Of a stretch of 64,000 bases of DNA, positions 1 to 10,045 are shown piece after piece. This stretch comes from a bacterium (GTDB lineage Bacteria; Patescibacteriota; Patescibacteriia; Patescibacteriales; UBA12465), in NCBI GenBank assembly GCA_030696105.1, contig JAUYNJ010000005.1, forward strand, positions 77,678 through 141,677. Direction: 5' to 3'. The first letter of the stretch is position 1; every line of letters starts with the position of its first letter. The translations under genes and the position numbers were made by a program. The notes beneath the pieces were generated by a model that made no database searches, was not told the DNA's origin, and was given only the letters and a program-made list of their open reading frames with translations.

Positions 1-641
1 ATTTTCATTCTGATATCGTTCAGGCAATCCCGTATTTACGACTTGACTTGAAGAAGATGGGAATTGATGCCTGCAGTTTATCGGCACATAAATTCTACGG
101 ACCGAAGGGCATTGGCGCTTCTTATGTGCGTCCTGGTATTAAAATCAATAACTTAATCAGCGGTGGCGAACAAGAGAATGGTCGGCGTGCCGGCACCTAT
201 AACTTAGCGGGTATTGTCGGTATGGGGACGGCTTTAGAGCTCGCCTACAAGGAGCGCAGCGTTTATTTGAAAGATGTTAAGCTGCTGCGTGACTATCTAT
301 GGAAAAGTTTAAAGAAAGAAATACCTGAAATCAAACTAAATGGCGGCTTAAAGTATCGTTCCGCTAATAATCTGAACATCCGTTTCGGCAGAATTGAAGG
401 GGAAGCGATATTAATGGATTTATCATTACGTGGCATCTATGTGTCCACTGGGTCTGCCTGCAGCGCGCATAATCTTAAAAGCTCAAGTGTTTTAAGCGCA
501 ATTGGGCTTGCTGATTACGATTTAAATTGTAATATCCGCTTCACGCTTGGTCGGTTTAATAATAAAAAAGAAATCGATTACACTGTTAAAAATTTAAAGA
601 AAACCGTTGCTCGTTTACGAGCCTTCTCACCAGTTAAATAA
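1..641 (+). CDS. iscS: Cysteine desulfurase (IscS/NifS family), 5'-truncated by window edge
   Basis: Frame open from base 3 (FHSDIVQA); PLP-lysine motif SAHKFYGPKG; catalytic STGSAC; followed by iscU. Confidence 0.95.
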   Translation, partial: FHSDIVQAIPYLRLDLKKMGIDACSLSAHKFYGPKGIGASYVRPGIKINNLISGGEQENGRRAGTYNLAGIVGMGTALELAYKERSVYLKDVKLLRDYLWKSLKKEIPEIKLNGGLKYRSANNLNIRFGRIEGEAILMDLSLRGIYVSTGSACSAHNLKSSSVLSAIGLADYDLNCNIRFTLGRFNNKKEIDYTVKNLKKTVARLRAFSPVK

Positions 642-645
642 AAAT

Positions 646-1035
646 ATGGCCCTAAATTATACAAAGAAAACTGTTAATCATTTTTTGAAACCGAAGAATG
701 TGGGTGAGGTAAAAAATGCTGATGCGCAGATTGAAGTTGGCAATATGGTTTGCGGAGATCAGTTATCATTTTCGATGAAGCTGAAGGACGGCAAGATTAA
801 GGATATTAAATTCCTGTCTTTTGGCTGCGCTTCTAATATTGCGACTGCCTCGCTAATGACGGAAAAGGTGAAGGGAATGACCATTGCACAGGCAAAAAAG
901 TTTAGCTGGAAAGATATTGTTGACGACTTAGGCGGATTGCCGAAGCAAAAGATACATTGCTCAATGATGGCGGTTGAGGGCTTGCAGAGGTTGATTAATT
1001 CCTACGAAGATAGGTTAAAGATAAAGCAAGCTTAA
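646..1035 (+). CDS. iscU: Fe-S cluster assembly scaffold (IscU/NifU N-terminal family)
   Basis: GNMVCGD, FGCAS and KIHCS give the three conserved Cys; ATG at 646 just after the iscS stop. Confidence 0.93.
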   Translation: MALNYTKKTVNHFLKPKNVGEVKNADAQIEVGNMVCGDQLSFSMKLKDGKIKDIKFLSFGCASNIATASLMTEKVKGMTIAQAKKFSWKDIVDDLGGLPKQKIHCSMMAVEGLQRLINSYEDRLKIKQA

Positions 1036-1059
1036 GCCGTATAAAGCCTTAAACTCAAT

Positions 1060-1089
1060 AAAAACACCCTCCAGGCGGAGGGTGTTTTT
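1060..1089. terminator. Bidirectional intrinsic terminator
   Basis: AAAACACCCTCC-AGGC-GGAGGGTGTTTT between convergent genes. Confidence 0.85.
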
Positions 1090-1120
1090 GCTAGCTATTT
1101 TCAAACTTAATTGATTTCGC

Positions 1121-1378
1121 TTAGAAGCGCTTTTCTAATGGGCGAGCTTCATTGACTGCAACGCGGCGGCCGTCTAATTCCTGGCCATTCCACATAGCGA
1201 TAGCAGCTTGAGCTTCTTCTTCGGTTTCCATTTCAACGAAACCAAAACCCTTTGAGCGCTGGGTCATGCGGTCCTTGATGATGACAGAGGAGGTAACGTT
1301 GCCAGCTTTGGCAAAGGCATCTGCTAAGACATCTTCAGTTGTCTGAAAAGACAAACCGCCGACGAATAACTTTTTCAT
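1121..1378 (-). CDS. RRM-domain RNA-binding protein
   Basis: RNP2 LFVGGL and RNP1 KGFGFVEM motifs. Confidence 0.95.
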   Translation of the reverse strand: MKKLFVGGLSFQTTEDVLADAFAKAGNVTSSVIIKDRMTQRSKGFGFVEMETEEEAQAAIAMWNGQELDGRRVAVNEARPLEKRF

Positions 1379-1548
1379 GTTTTTTCTTGTTCTGCGGGTT
1401 CACCGTAGTGAAATCTGCAGAGATCTTCTATTTTAACAAAGTAAGGCGACCTTTTGTTGCCTTAAAACAACAAGCGGCCAGTTCGTATCGTTTCCTTTTG
1501 AACTGATACGGACTAGCCGCTCGCGTTTCGAACAAAACTTACTAGAAA

Positions 1549-1577
1549 ATTATATGGCGTATTTCTCAATTAGTCAA
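1549..1577 (-). promoter_or_regulatory. sigma70 promoter for the RRM gene
   Basis: TTGACT-17 nt-TATAAT on minus strand. Confidence 0.8.
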
Positions 1578-1581
1578 TAGA

Positions 1582-2292
1582 TTAACTGATAATAACCTTT
1601 ACGCTTGGGCTCATTGAGGAGCAGATAGCAATAGCTTTAATATAGGAACCCTTCGCGGTGGCGGGCTTAACTTTTCGAACAGTATCGAGGAAAGTCTGGA
1701 AGTTTTCGGCTAATTTCTTATCTTCAAAGCTCAATTTACCAACAACGGCGTGTAAATTCCCAGTATCGTCGTTTTTGAAGCTAATTTTACCTTTCTTTAG
1801 CTCTTCAACGGCCTTAGCTGGGTTTGGGGAAACGGTGTCATTCTTAGGGGAAGGCATTAAGCCGCGAGTACCTAAGATTTTAGCAATTGAAGCGAGGTTC
1901 TTCATCATTAAAGGTTCAGCAATCGCAACTTCAAAGTCAGTTTTTTCAGTCTTTTTAATGGTTTCAATTAATTCTTCACCACCAACGAATTCAGCGCCAG
2001 CAGCTTTACAGGCAGCTTCATTAGCAGGGGAGACGAAAGCGGCGACACGAACCGTTTTACCAGTACCATGGGGCAAGCTGATTGCACCACGAACGAGCTG
2101 GTCACTTTTCTTCGGATTGATGCCGAGGCGGATGTGAGCTTCTAAAGAAGCGTCAAATTTAGCCTTATTAATTTTCTTAACGATAGCAATCGCTTCATTA
2201 AGACTGTAGGTTTTAGTGCGATCGTAAATAGCGGAAAGGTCAACTACTTTCTTTTTTGGAGCAGCAACTTTTGTTTCTTCTTTCTTAGACAT
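1582..2292 (-). CDS. rplA: 50S ribosomal protein uL1
   Basis: KAKFDAS, LPHGTGK, LGTRGLMPSPK motifs; synteny with rplK. Confidence 0.98.
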   Translation of the reverse strand: MSKKEETKVAAPKKKVVDLSAIYDRTKTYSLNEAIAIVKKINKAKFDASLEAHIRLGINPKKSDQLVRGAISLPHGTGKTVRVAAFVSPANEAACKAAGAEFVGGEELIETIKKTEKTDFEVAIAEPLMMKNLASIAKILGTRGLMPSPKNDTVSPNPAKAVEELKKGKISFKNDDTGNLHAVVGKLSFEDKKLAENFQTFLDTVRKVKPATAKGSYIKAIAICSSMSPSVKVIIS

Positions 2293-2300
2293 ATTGTTTT

Positions 2301-2348
2301 CGTGGTGAGATAGCGTCCATGGCGACTAATGTCGAAGGGACTCCCACA
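2301..2348 (-). promoter_or_regulatory. uL1-binding mRNA leader (autogenous control site)
   Basis: Minus strand GTGGGAG-TCC...GGAC-GCTA-TCTC-ACCAC just before the rplA ATG; resembles the GGGAG...GCUA..ACCAC L1 target hairpin. Confidence 0.7.
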
Positions 2349-2361
2349 ATTACGTTATTAA

Positions 2362-2787
2362 TTAATCTTTAATTTCGACACCCATCTGACGAGCGGTGCC
2401 AGCAATGATATTCATAGCAGCATCGATGTCGCGAGCATTGAGATCAGGCATCTTTGTTTTAGCGATTTCACCCAACTGCGCCTTAGTAATTTTACCAACC
2501 TTCTCAAGACGAGGCTTGCCAGAACCTTTCTTGATGCCAGCGGCCTTTTTAATTAATTCTGAAGCAGGAGGAGTTTTAGTGATGAAATCAAAAGTGCGAT
2601 CTTCGTAGACAGTAATTTCGACTGGAACGACTTCGCCCATGCGGTCGCGAGTTTTTTCATTGAATTTCTGACAGAAATCAGCGATGTTTAAACCGTGTTG
2701 ACCGAGAGCGGGGCCGACGGGAGGAGCTGGATTAGCTTGTCCGCCGGTTATTTGAAGTTTTAACTTTGTTTTAATTTTCTTAGCCAT
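2362..2787 (-). CDS. rplK: 50S ribosomal protein uL11
   Basis: [15 protein letters not shown] motif. Confidence 0.98.
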   Translation of the reverse strand: MAKKIKTKLKLQITGGQANPAPPVGPALGQHGLNIADFCQKFNEKTRDRMGEVVPVEITVYEDRTFDFITKTPPASELIKKAAGIKKGSGKPRLEKVGKITKAQLGEIAKTKMPDLNARDIDAAMNIIAGTARQMGVEIKD

Positions 2788-2849
2788 ATTGTTGATTAAT
2801 TACGCAGGTTGACGGCAGAAGCGACCGGCAATTCCTTATATAGGATAAT

Positions 2850-3395
2850 TTAAGCTTTCTTGATTTGGAGGAAGTCGAGTTCAACCGGGGTTTCGCGACC
2901 AAACATGGAGACGGAAACCTTAACTTTGCCCTTAGCTTCGTCGATAGCGGTAACTTTACCTTCCATATTTTTAAATGGGCCTTCGTTGATTTTAACGGGG
3001 GAACCAACAACGACATCGATTGTGAACTTCGGATCTTCGACGCCCATGCGTTTCTGTAAGGATTTTACTTCAGTGTCGCTGATTGGGGTGGGAATGGTGC
3101 CGGTGCCGATAAAGCCGGTGACATTTGGGGTGTTACGAACAACGTACCAGGAATCATCGGTTACTTCCATTTCTACGAGAATATATCCAGGGAAGATTTT
3201 TTCTTCCACCACTTTACGCTTACCATTCTTAATTTTGATTTTCTTCTCGGTCGGAATCAGGATGTTGAAAATCTTGTCCTCCATGTCGAGGGATTCAACT
3301 CTTTGCTTCAGGTTCTGCGCAACGTTCTCTTCATAACCTGAGTAGGTGTGAAGAACGTACCAGCGGCGACCTTGATTTAATAATTGTTTGGCCAT
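2850..3395 (-). CDS. nusG: Transcription termination/antitermination factor NusG
   Basis: WYVLHTYSGYE, FPGYILVEM, KOW domain, MFGRETPVEL. Confidence 0.98.
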   Translation of the reverse strand: MAKQLLNQGRRWYVLHTYSGYEENVAQNLKQRVESLDMEDKIFNILIPTEKKIKIKNGKRKVVEEKIFPGYILVEMEVTDDSWYVVRNTPNVTGFIGTGTIPTPISDTEVKSLQKRMGVEDPKFTIDVVVGSPVKINEGPFKNMEGKVTAIDEAKGKVKVSVSMFGRETPVELDFLQIKKA

Positions 3396-3413
3396 AATTT
3401 TAAGCTAAGAGAT

Positions 3414-3599
3414 TTATTGCATTATGATATCCCTGATTCCCATGTTGAACAGGAAGTCAAGAACTCCTAAAAAGGTCGCTACTGCTAAAGAGATACCGAT
3501 AACTAACAAGGTGTAGTTATAGGTTTCTTTTTTTGAGGGCCAAGTTACTTTTTTCATTTCCTCCATTGATTCTTGGAGGTAGCGGCTAATTTTGCTCAT
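3414..3599 (-). CDS. secE: Preprotein translocase subunit SecE
   Basis: EMKKVTWPS motif, one TM helix, upstream of nusG. Confidence 0.95.
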   Translation of the reverse strand: MSKISRYLQESMEEMKKVTWPSKKETYNYTLLVIGISLAVATFLGVLDFLFNMGIRDIIMQ

Positions 3600-3660
3600 A
3601 TTAGGTTAATTTGTTGATATTAAAAAGAGCCCTGTAGGCCACTTTTTTTACTATGCTTAT

Positions 3661-3689
3661 ATATTACCGAAATCACATGCCCCTGTCAA
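3661..3689 (-). promoter_or_regulatory. sigma70 promoter for secE-nusG-rplK-rplA
   Basis: TTGACA-17 nt-TAATAT on minus strand. Confidence 0.6.
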
Positions 3690-3757
3690 GATTGAAAGCG
3701 CAATCCGTTGCTTTTTAGTGACAAACAAGATAAAATGAAAATGTACAAAAAATATAT

Positions 3758-5482
3758 ATGGTTAGCCCGAATTTAGCCACTAAGAAAATAGATACCGGTG
3801 GGGAAGAGCTTAATGATAGCGCCAAGAAGCTCTTTCAGGCCGTCTATAATGACAGTCACCGGAGCGATGAAGGGGATGATGAGACCCCTCGCTTGCATGT
3901 TTCCACTTTGGTTTCAAAGATGGCTTTTTTTTACGAAAAGATTAGAAACGCGGTTGATTACGAAGAGGATCACCTTTTACGTAAAAATGCGATTGCTAGA
4001 ATCTTAAAGAGACAAATTGTCATTGAGGGTTTACTCAAAACGCAGGACACTAATACGCTCGCTCAGCACCTGCTTGAAGAGCTTATACGCGCTCGCTACC
4101 TTCCTAATAATACTTTGCCAGAAAATAAGACCAAGGAGGTTGAGATAATTTTAGAAAAATATTTACAGCTTAAAAATGAGTGTCTTTTACATTTTGAAAG
4201 CGGGCTTGGCTTAAGCTTTGATAAGGGGAAGGCAAAAAATGAGATGCGGGAACGGGCCCGCCTGGTTGGTTGGATTCTTTCGATGGCTGCTTGTGAAATT
4301 GAAGAGAACTTAGTTTTAAATCAGATTAAGCCAGCGATGGTGAACGTCATGTTTAGTACACTTGATCGCATTATTAAGTTGCCACCAGAACTACCATACG
4401 GGGAAGACCTCGATATTCAAATATACTTAAGTATTAGTCGCACCTACTCGCGTTTTGATGAAGACATGCTCTCTTTTGTCTTGTTTAAATATTATAATCA
4501 GGGCTGGGTTGATAATCATATTGATGCGTCCATCGGCCCTAATGAAGAAAAGATTAAAAGCGTTGCTAAGAGTATTAACCTACTTCGGCAGTCAATTAAT
4601 TTTCAAATTAAACATCCTTTACGCAAGCAACTCGATCGCCTGGTTCGTCGCTATGCGCTTTATTTCACTGTTTTACAGGACACCATCAGCACTGACCCCG
4701 CTCGTATTTATAATGACTTCCGTCAAAACCCCAAGTCGTTTATAAATGCAATTCGAAAAGTTTGTAATCGTAAGTATAAGAAAGCAAAATCACGTTTATG
4801 GCGGGCAGCCATGCGCAGTATTATTTACATTTTTTTGACTAAGTCGGTGTTTGTTTTCTTGATCGAAGTACCGGCGATAAATTGGTTTAACGAACCGCTT
4901 AACCCTGTTTCTCTGGGAATCAACGTCGCCTTTCCAGTCGTTCTTTTGTTCATAATCGTCATGTTTACGCGCGTTCCTGGTGAAAGTAATACTGATAGAA
5001 TCGTTGAGGGCGTTAAAGAAATCTCTTATGTCGGCTCGGAGCGGCAACAGCCAATTGTTCTACGCAATCCACGTAGACGTAGTCGCGCAATGAATTTCGT
5101 TTTTAATTTAGTTTATACAGCAACCTTTTTTGTTTCGATTTATTTCATTGTCTGGTTTCTCACTCTTATTCAATTTAACTGGGTTAGCATTGTCATCTTC
5201 TTATTTTTCTTAGCCTTCGTCAGTTTTTTTAGCATCATCGTTACTCGCGGGGTGAAGGAGTTATTAGTGGTTGAAAAGAAGGAAAACTTACCTAGTTTCT
5301 TATTAGATTTATTCTACATGCCGATTATCATGGCCGGGAAATGGTTATCTCAGAACGCCTCAAAAGTTAATATCTTTATTTTTATATTTGATGTCATTAT
5401 TGAAGCTCCGTTCAAGATTATTGTTGATGTTGCTGAGGAGTGGACTAAGTATATTAAAGAAAGAAAAGATAACATGGTGTAA
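3758..5482 (+). CDS. Hypothetical membrane protein (soluble N-terminus, several C-terminal TM helices)
   Basis: 574-aa ORF heading a co-directional run of genes; hydrophobic segments after about residue 350. Confidence 0.8.
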   Translation: MVSPNLATKKIDTGGEELNDSAKKLFQAVYNDSHRSDEGDDETPRLHVSTLVSKMAFFYEKIRNAVDYEEDHLLRKNAIARILKRQIVIEGLLKTQDTNTLAQHLLEELIRARYLPNNTLPENKTKEVEIILEKYLQLKNECLLHFESGLGLSFDKGKAKNEMRERARLVGWILSMAACEIEENLVLNQIKPAMVNVMFSTLDRIIKLPPELPYGEDLDIQIYLSISRTYSRFDEDMLSFVLFKYYNQGWVDNHIDASIGPNEEKIKSVAKSINLLRQSINFQIKHPLRKQLDRLVRRYALYFTVLQDTISTDPARIYNDFRQNPKSFINAIRKVCNRKYKKAKSRLWRAAMRSIIYIFLTKSVFVFLIEVPAINWFNEPLNPVSLGINVAFPVVLLFIIVMFTRVPGESNTDRIVEGVKEISYVGSERQQPIVLRNPRRRSRAMNFVFNLVYTATFFVSIYFIVWFLTLIQFNWVSIVIFLFFLAFVSFFSIIVTRGVKELLVVEKKENLPSFLLDLFYMPIIMAGKWLSQNASKVNIFIFIFDVIIEAPFKIIVDVAEEWTKYIKERKDNMV

Positions 5483-5485
5483 TTT

Positions 5486-6187
5486 ATGGCCTTAGGTAAG
5501 CTTTACGTGGCGGCAACGCCCATCGGCAATCTTGAAGATATTAGTCTCAGGGCCTTGCGCATTATGCGCGAGGCCGATTATATTTTATGCGAGGATACGC
5601 GTTTAACGCGCGTTTTATTGCAGAAACACGGTATTGATACACCGACTATTTCATACCATCAGCACTCAGGTGGCGGTAAGGTTTCTCAGCTGTTGCGCTA
5701 TTTGGGGGAGGGTAAGAACCTGGTGCTCGTCTCTGATGCTGGTACTCCTGGCATTTCTGATCCTGGCTCGATGCTCGTGGCTGCTGCGCGTGAAGAGTTT
5801 ACCGATTTAGAAGTCGTTCCACTACCGGGCGCTAGCGCCGTTGTTGCTGCTCTGTCCGTATCTGGTTGGCCCGTTGATCGTTTTACCTTCTTTGGTTTTC
5901 TACCACACAAGAAGGGAAGACAGACGATGATAAAGGAGATCATCAGTTCATATTATCCGGCAGTATTTTATGAATCTAAGCATCGCATCAGGAAGTGCAT
6001 GGATGAAATGAGCAAATTAAGTCAGGAGGCTGAAATTAAAGTGGAGGTGATGCTCGCGCGGGAATTAACTAAGATGTTTGAAACAATTTATTTCGGCGAT
6101 CCGTCTGAGCTAGCAGAAAAACTCGAAAACGATAGCGACATGCAAAAAGGTGAGTTTGTTGTCCTGTGTCGAAAAGTAAAAAAATAA
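5486..6187 (+). CDS. rsmI: 16S rRNA (cytidine1402-2'-O)-methyltransferase
   Basis: ATPIGNLEDIS, CEDTR, SDAGTPGISDPG, ARELTKMFE. Confidence 0.97.
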   Translation: MALGKLYVAATPIGNLEDISLRALRIMREADYILCEDTRLTRVLLQKHGIDTPTISYHQHSGGGKVSQLLRYLGEGKNLVLVSDAGTPGISDPGSMLVAAAREEFTDLEVVPLPGASAVVAALSVSGWPVDRFTFFGFLPHKKGRQTMIKEIISSYYPAVFYESKHRIRKCMDEMSKLSQEAEIKVEVMLARELTKMFETIYFGDPSELAEKLENDSDMQKGEFVVLCRKVKK

Positions 6188-6191
6188 TTTT

Positions 6192-7643
6192 ATGTCAAAA
6201 GAAAATAATTTCTATATAACAACAACGCTGCCTTATACGAATTCCGATCCGCATATTGGTTTTGCGGCGGAGCTTATTAAGGCGGACGTAATTGCGCGTT
6301 GGCAACGCTTACAAGGCAAGGAAGTCGTTTTTAATACCGGCACTGATGAACACGGTTTAAAAATTTATCAGCAAGCCGAGGCGGCCGGTCTAAATACTCG
6401 CGATTTCTGCACTCCTTACGCCAAACGCTTTGCTTCCTTGAAAGATGTATTAAACTTGAGCTTCACTAATTTCATACGCACCACTGATGAAAGTCACGAG
6501 GCTGCTGCTCAAGATTTTTGGAAACTTTGTGATGCGCGAGACGATATTTATAAAAAAAGTTATCAAGTTAAATACTGCGTTGGTTGCGAGCTGGAAAAGA
6601 CTGAGTCAGAGCTAGTTGACGGTCGCTGCCCACTTCATGCGACGAGAGAAATTGAAATCATTGATGAAGAAAATTATTTCTTCCGTTTCTCGAAGTATCA
6701 GCAAGCATTGCTTGATTTTTTTGCGGCCCATCCAGACTTTGTTATTCCTTCCCATCGTTTTACTGAGATTAAGAATTTTGTTGAAAGCGGGCTGCAAGAT
6801 TTTAGCATTTCGCGCCTCAAGGCAAAGATGCCTAATGGTGTGCCAGTGCCAGGAGACGATACACAGGTGATGTATGTTTGGTTTGATGCACTTGTTAATT
6901 ATATTTCAACCCTGGGTTGGCCTCATGACCAGAAAAATTTTGAAGATTTTTGGCCAGCGGTTCAGGTTTGCGGCAAAGATAATCTGCGCCAGCAAACGGC
7001 GATGTGGCAGGCCATGCTTTTATCAGCTGATTTGCCTTTATCAAAGCAGGTATTAATTTTCGGATTCCTGACCGCCAATGGGCAAAAGATTAGTAAGAGT
7101 AGTGGTGTGACGGTTGATCCTTTTGCATATTCAGAGAAATATGGCGCCGAAGCATTGCGCTATTATCTGCTCACCGAAATTCAGCCATTTGAAGACAGCG
7201 ATTTTTCCGAAGACCGTTTGCGTCTGAAATTTAATGCCGACCTTGCTAATGGCCTCGGTAATTTAGTGGCGCGTGTCAGCAATTTACTTGAGAAGATTAA
7301 TATTAAGACTGAACTCGTGGCTGACTTACCGGCGGCTCTCAAGCGACTTGAAAATGAAAGTGGTTTAAAAGATTACCATTTTAATCGCGCTTTACAGTTT
7401 ATCTGGCATGAGGTTGGTGCTTGTAATGAAGAACTAACAGCTAAAGCGCCTTGGAAAATGACCGAACAAACAGAAATAGAAGCAGTATTAAAACCGCTTG
7501 CTGCTCGTATTCTAGAAATAGCTCTCATGTTGCAACCATTCTTGCCGGTTACTGCTGAACGCATTATTACTCAATTTCAAGCGCCACAAATATTAAAAGG
7601 AGAATCTTTATTTCCGCGTCTAGTCGCGGAGACAGAGGCTTAA
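6192..7643 (+). CDS. metG: Methionine--tRNA ligase (short form)
   Basis: HIGF and KISKS class I motifs, GTDEHG, YVWFDAL. Confidence 0.96.
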   Translation: MSKENNFYITTTLPYTNSDPHIGFAAELIKADVIARWQRLQGKEVVFNTGTDEHGLKIYQQAEAAGLNTRDFCTPYAKRFASLKDVLNLSFTNFIRTTDESHEAAAQDFWKLCDARDDIYKKSYQVKYCVGCELEKTESELVDGRCPLHATREIEIIDEENYFFRFSKYQQALLDFFAAHPDFVIPSHRFTEIKNFVESGLQDFSISRLKAKMPNGVPVPGDDTQVMYVWFDALVNYISTLGWPHDQKNFEDFWPAVQVCGKDNLRQQTAMWQAMLLSADLPLSKQVLIFGFLTANGQKISKSSGVTVDPFAYSEKYGAEALRYYLLTEIQPFEDSDFSEDRLRLKFNADLANGLGNLVARVSNLLEKINIKTELVADLPAALKRLENESGLKDYHFNRALQFIWHEVGACNEELTAKAPWKMTEQTEIEAVLKPLAARILEIALMLQPFLPVTAERIITQFQAPQILKGESLFPRLVAETEA

Positions 7644-7651
7644 TAAAAATT

Positions 7652-8167
7652 ATGTTATATTTCGACATCGCTTTGCTCGTAATTCTCGCCGGTTTCGTCT
7701 TTAATGGTTTTGCAAAGGGCCTCATACGCCTACTTGGCAACATCGTTGGTTTAATTGTTGGCGCCTTTATTGCTAGTCGTTTCTATTTGCAATTCTATGA
7801 GTGGAGCGGAAGCCTTTTTGGGGCGAGAGAAAATCTAGGTAAGGTGCTTTCATTTATTGTTGTCTTTATATTAGTTACTCTCGTAATAGACTGGGCATTT
7901 ATTATCATTGAAAAGCTTTTTAATATCATCTCAATCATCCCTTTCACTAAGATGATTAACCGTCTCTTTGGTGGCGCCCTTGGTTTTCTTGAGGGCTCAT
8001 TAGCTATTGGCTTAATTCTATTCGTCGCCGTGCGTTATGCTTGGGTTGGCACCTTGTTTGGTGATCATCTTGTAAATTCACAGCTAGCGCCGTTTTTCTT
8101 GAAAATTGTTAATTTGATTATGCCCGTTCTACCTTCTGCTCTTAAAGCGTTGCAGTCGATTATTTAA
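7652..8167 (+). CDS. CvpA family membrane protein
   Basis: About 4 TM helices, GFAKGLIR, INRLFGGALGFLEG. Confidence 0.85.
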   Translation: MLYFDIALLVILAGFVFNGFAKGLIRLLGNIVGLIVGAFIASRFYLQFYEWSGSLFGARENLGKVLSFIVVFILVTLVIDWAFIIIEKLFNIISIIPFTKMINRLFGGALGFLEGSLAIGLILFVAVRYAWVGTLFGDHLVNSQLAPFFLKIVNLIMPVLPSALKALQSII

Positions 8168-8173
8168 CATACT

Positions 8174-8764
8174 ATGGAAACTGAGCATTTGGCGAAAAAT
8201 AATACCCGCTGGTGTCGTCGACTAGGGCGGCGTTTGCGTGCCGGAGAAGTGGTCATAATGCCCACAGATACTGTTTACGGTTTACTGGCTCGAGCGGACT
8301 CGCTGACAGCTATTAGGCGTGTATATATGATCAAACACCGAGACAAAAGCTATCCGCTCCTCGTTCTGGTTTCAAGTCTGTCGATGGTTCGCCGCTATTG
8401 CTATCTCAATTCGAAACAGGCGAAAACGCTGCAAAATATTTGGTCACAAGCGCGTCCCACTACTGTTATATTGCAACATCGCGGTCTGTTACCTCGTCGC
8501 TTAACGGGTGATAGCGAAGGGTTGGCGGTGCGGTTGCCGAAAAGTGATTTTTTGCGTAAAATAGTAAGGTCAGTCGGCGTTCCATTGACAGCGACTAGCG
8601 CCAATTTGAGTGGCCAGCCCGTTCTTGATGCCGCTCTTGCCGCCCAGGTATTTGCTGCCGGGTCTCAGCCGGATCTAATCGTGAGCGGAGGAACTAATGT
8701 TAAGCGCCCGTCTCGACTTCTTCGCCTTGATTCTTCAGGGGAAGTGACGATTTTACGAAAATAA
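8174..8764 (+). CDS. tsaC: L-threonylcarbamoyladenylate synthase (TsaC/YrdC)
   Basis: PTDTVYGL, KHR, TSANLSG. Confidence 0.93.
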   Translation: METEHLAKNNTRWCRRLGRRLRAGEVVIMPTDTVYGLLARADSLTAIRRVYMIKHRDKSYPLLVLVSSLSMVRRYCYLNSKQAKTLQNIWSQARPTTVILQHRGLLPRRLTGDSEGLAVRLPKSDFLRKIVRSVGVPLTATSANLSGQPVLDAALAAQVFAAGSQPDLIVSGGTNVKRPSRLLRLDSSGEVTILRK

Positions 8765-8775
8765 ACAAAAAATAT

Positions 8776-10008
8776 ATGGATAATGATCATAAGATTTCTT
8801 TAAGTGTTAAACGCATTGGCATCATCTTATTGATGCTTGCTTCATTTGCCGCCGGCTTGTTCTGGTCTGGTCGTAGTGTTGATGGCAGTAAACAGCTCGC
8901 GTATTCACCTGAAGCATTAAAGACAGCTGGGATAAATAACTTTAATTTTAACCTATACTTCGAGGTCTGGGATAAGCTAAAGAGTGATTACGTTGATAAG
9001 AATAAGATTAAGGATGAAGAGATGTTTTATGGCTCACTGCGGGGGCTCGCCGCTTCGGTTAATGACCCTTACACCGTATTCATGGATCCTTCCGAAACCA
9101 AGGAGTTTAACGACGATCTCTCGGGCACCTTTGAGGGCATTGGTGCGGAAGTCGGTATTCGTAATGATTTGGTGACTGTAATTGCACCTCTTGCTGGCAT
9201 GCCGGCTGAAAAGGCTGGAGTGCGTGCGGGGGATAAGATATACGCTATCGACGGTACTAGCACTATCGGTCTGGGTGTGAACGAAGCTGTAAAAAAAATC
9301 CGTGGGCCGAAAGATACTGAGGTTACTTTAACTGTCATCCGTGAAGGGGCTGAAAAACCGATTGATATAAAAATTACTCGCGGATTGATTATTGTTAAGA
9401 GTGTTAAAACAGAGCTACGAAATGATGGCGTCATGGTAATTACCGTTAGCAACTTTAATGACGACACTCTCGATCTTTTTAATGCCGCTATTAAAACAGC
9501 GCTGACAAAGAATCCTAAGGGTCTTGTGCTTGATTTACGTAATAATCCTGGCGGTTATCTCGACACCGCCATTTCCATGGCTAGTGCCTGGGTAAAAGAG
9601 GGTCCGGTGGTAGTAGAGCAATTCGGTGAGGGTAGACGTCAGGAATATTTTGCCGATGGCAACAATAGTTTGGGCGGATTTAAAACCATTGTTTTAATTA
9701 ACGGTGGCAGCGCTTCCGCTTCGGAAATCGTGGCCGGTGCTTTGCGCGACTATAAGAAGGCAACACTTGTTGGCGAACAAACATATGGCAAAGGTTCAGT
9801 GCAAGGCTTACGTGATTTAAGCGACGGCTCCTCTTTAAAGGTAACGGTTGCGAAGTGGCTTACTCCTAGTGGTGATTATATTGACGAAAAGGGGATCGCT
9901 CCTGATATTGAAATAGAATTAACTTCGAAAGATATTGATAATAATCGCGATCCTCAAATGGCAAAAGCGATTGAATTAATACTTAAGCCGCAGGCGGCTG
10001 TTAAATAA
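8776..10008 (+). CDS. ctpA: S41 C-terminal processing peptidase with PDZ domain
   Basis: FEGIGA, DLRNNPGG, SASASEIVAGAL, TYGKGSVQ. Confidence 0.95.
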   Translation: MDNDHKISLSVKRIGIILLMLASFAAGLFWSGRSVDGSKQLAYSPEALKTAGINNFNFNLYFEVWDKLKSDYVDKNKIKDEEMFYGSLRGLAASVNDPYTVFMDPSETKEFNDDLSGTFEGIGAEVGIRNDLVTVIAPLAGMPAEKAGVRAGDKIYAIDGTSTIGLGVNEAVKKIRGPKDTEVTLTVIREGAEKPIDIKITRGLIIVKSVKTELRNDGVMVITVSNFNDDTLDLFNAAIKTALTKNPKGLVLDLRNNPGGYLDTAISMASAWVKEGPVVVEQFGEGRRQEYFADGNNSLGGFKTIVLINGGSASASEIVAGALRDYKKATLVGEQTYGKGSVQGLRDLSDGSSLKVTVAKWLTPSGDYIDEKGIAPDIEIELTSKDIDNNRDPQMAKAIELILKPQAAVK

Positions 10009-10045
10009 TAATCTACCGCCCTTCTGGCGCTAGTCTTTTTCACTT

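Noticed and set aside
1687..1697. GAGGAAAGTC word reminiscent of RNase P RNA
   Set aside because: Lies inside the rplA coding region with no matching 3' P4 element
1658..3336. Long + strand ORFs antisense to rplA, rplK and nusG, and similar shadow ORFs opposite rplL, ctpA, the SDR and others
   Set aside because: They are shadows of conserved genes with no motifs of their own
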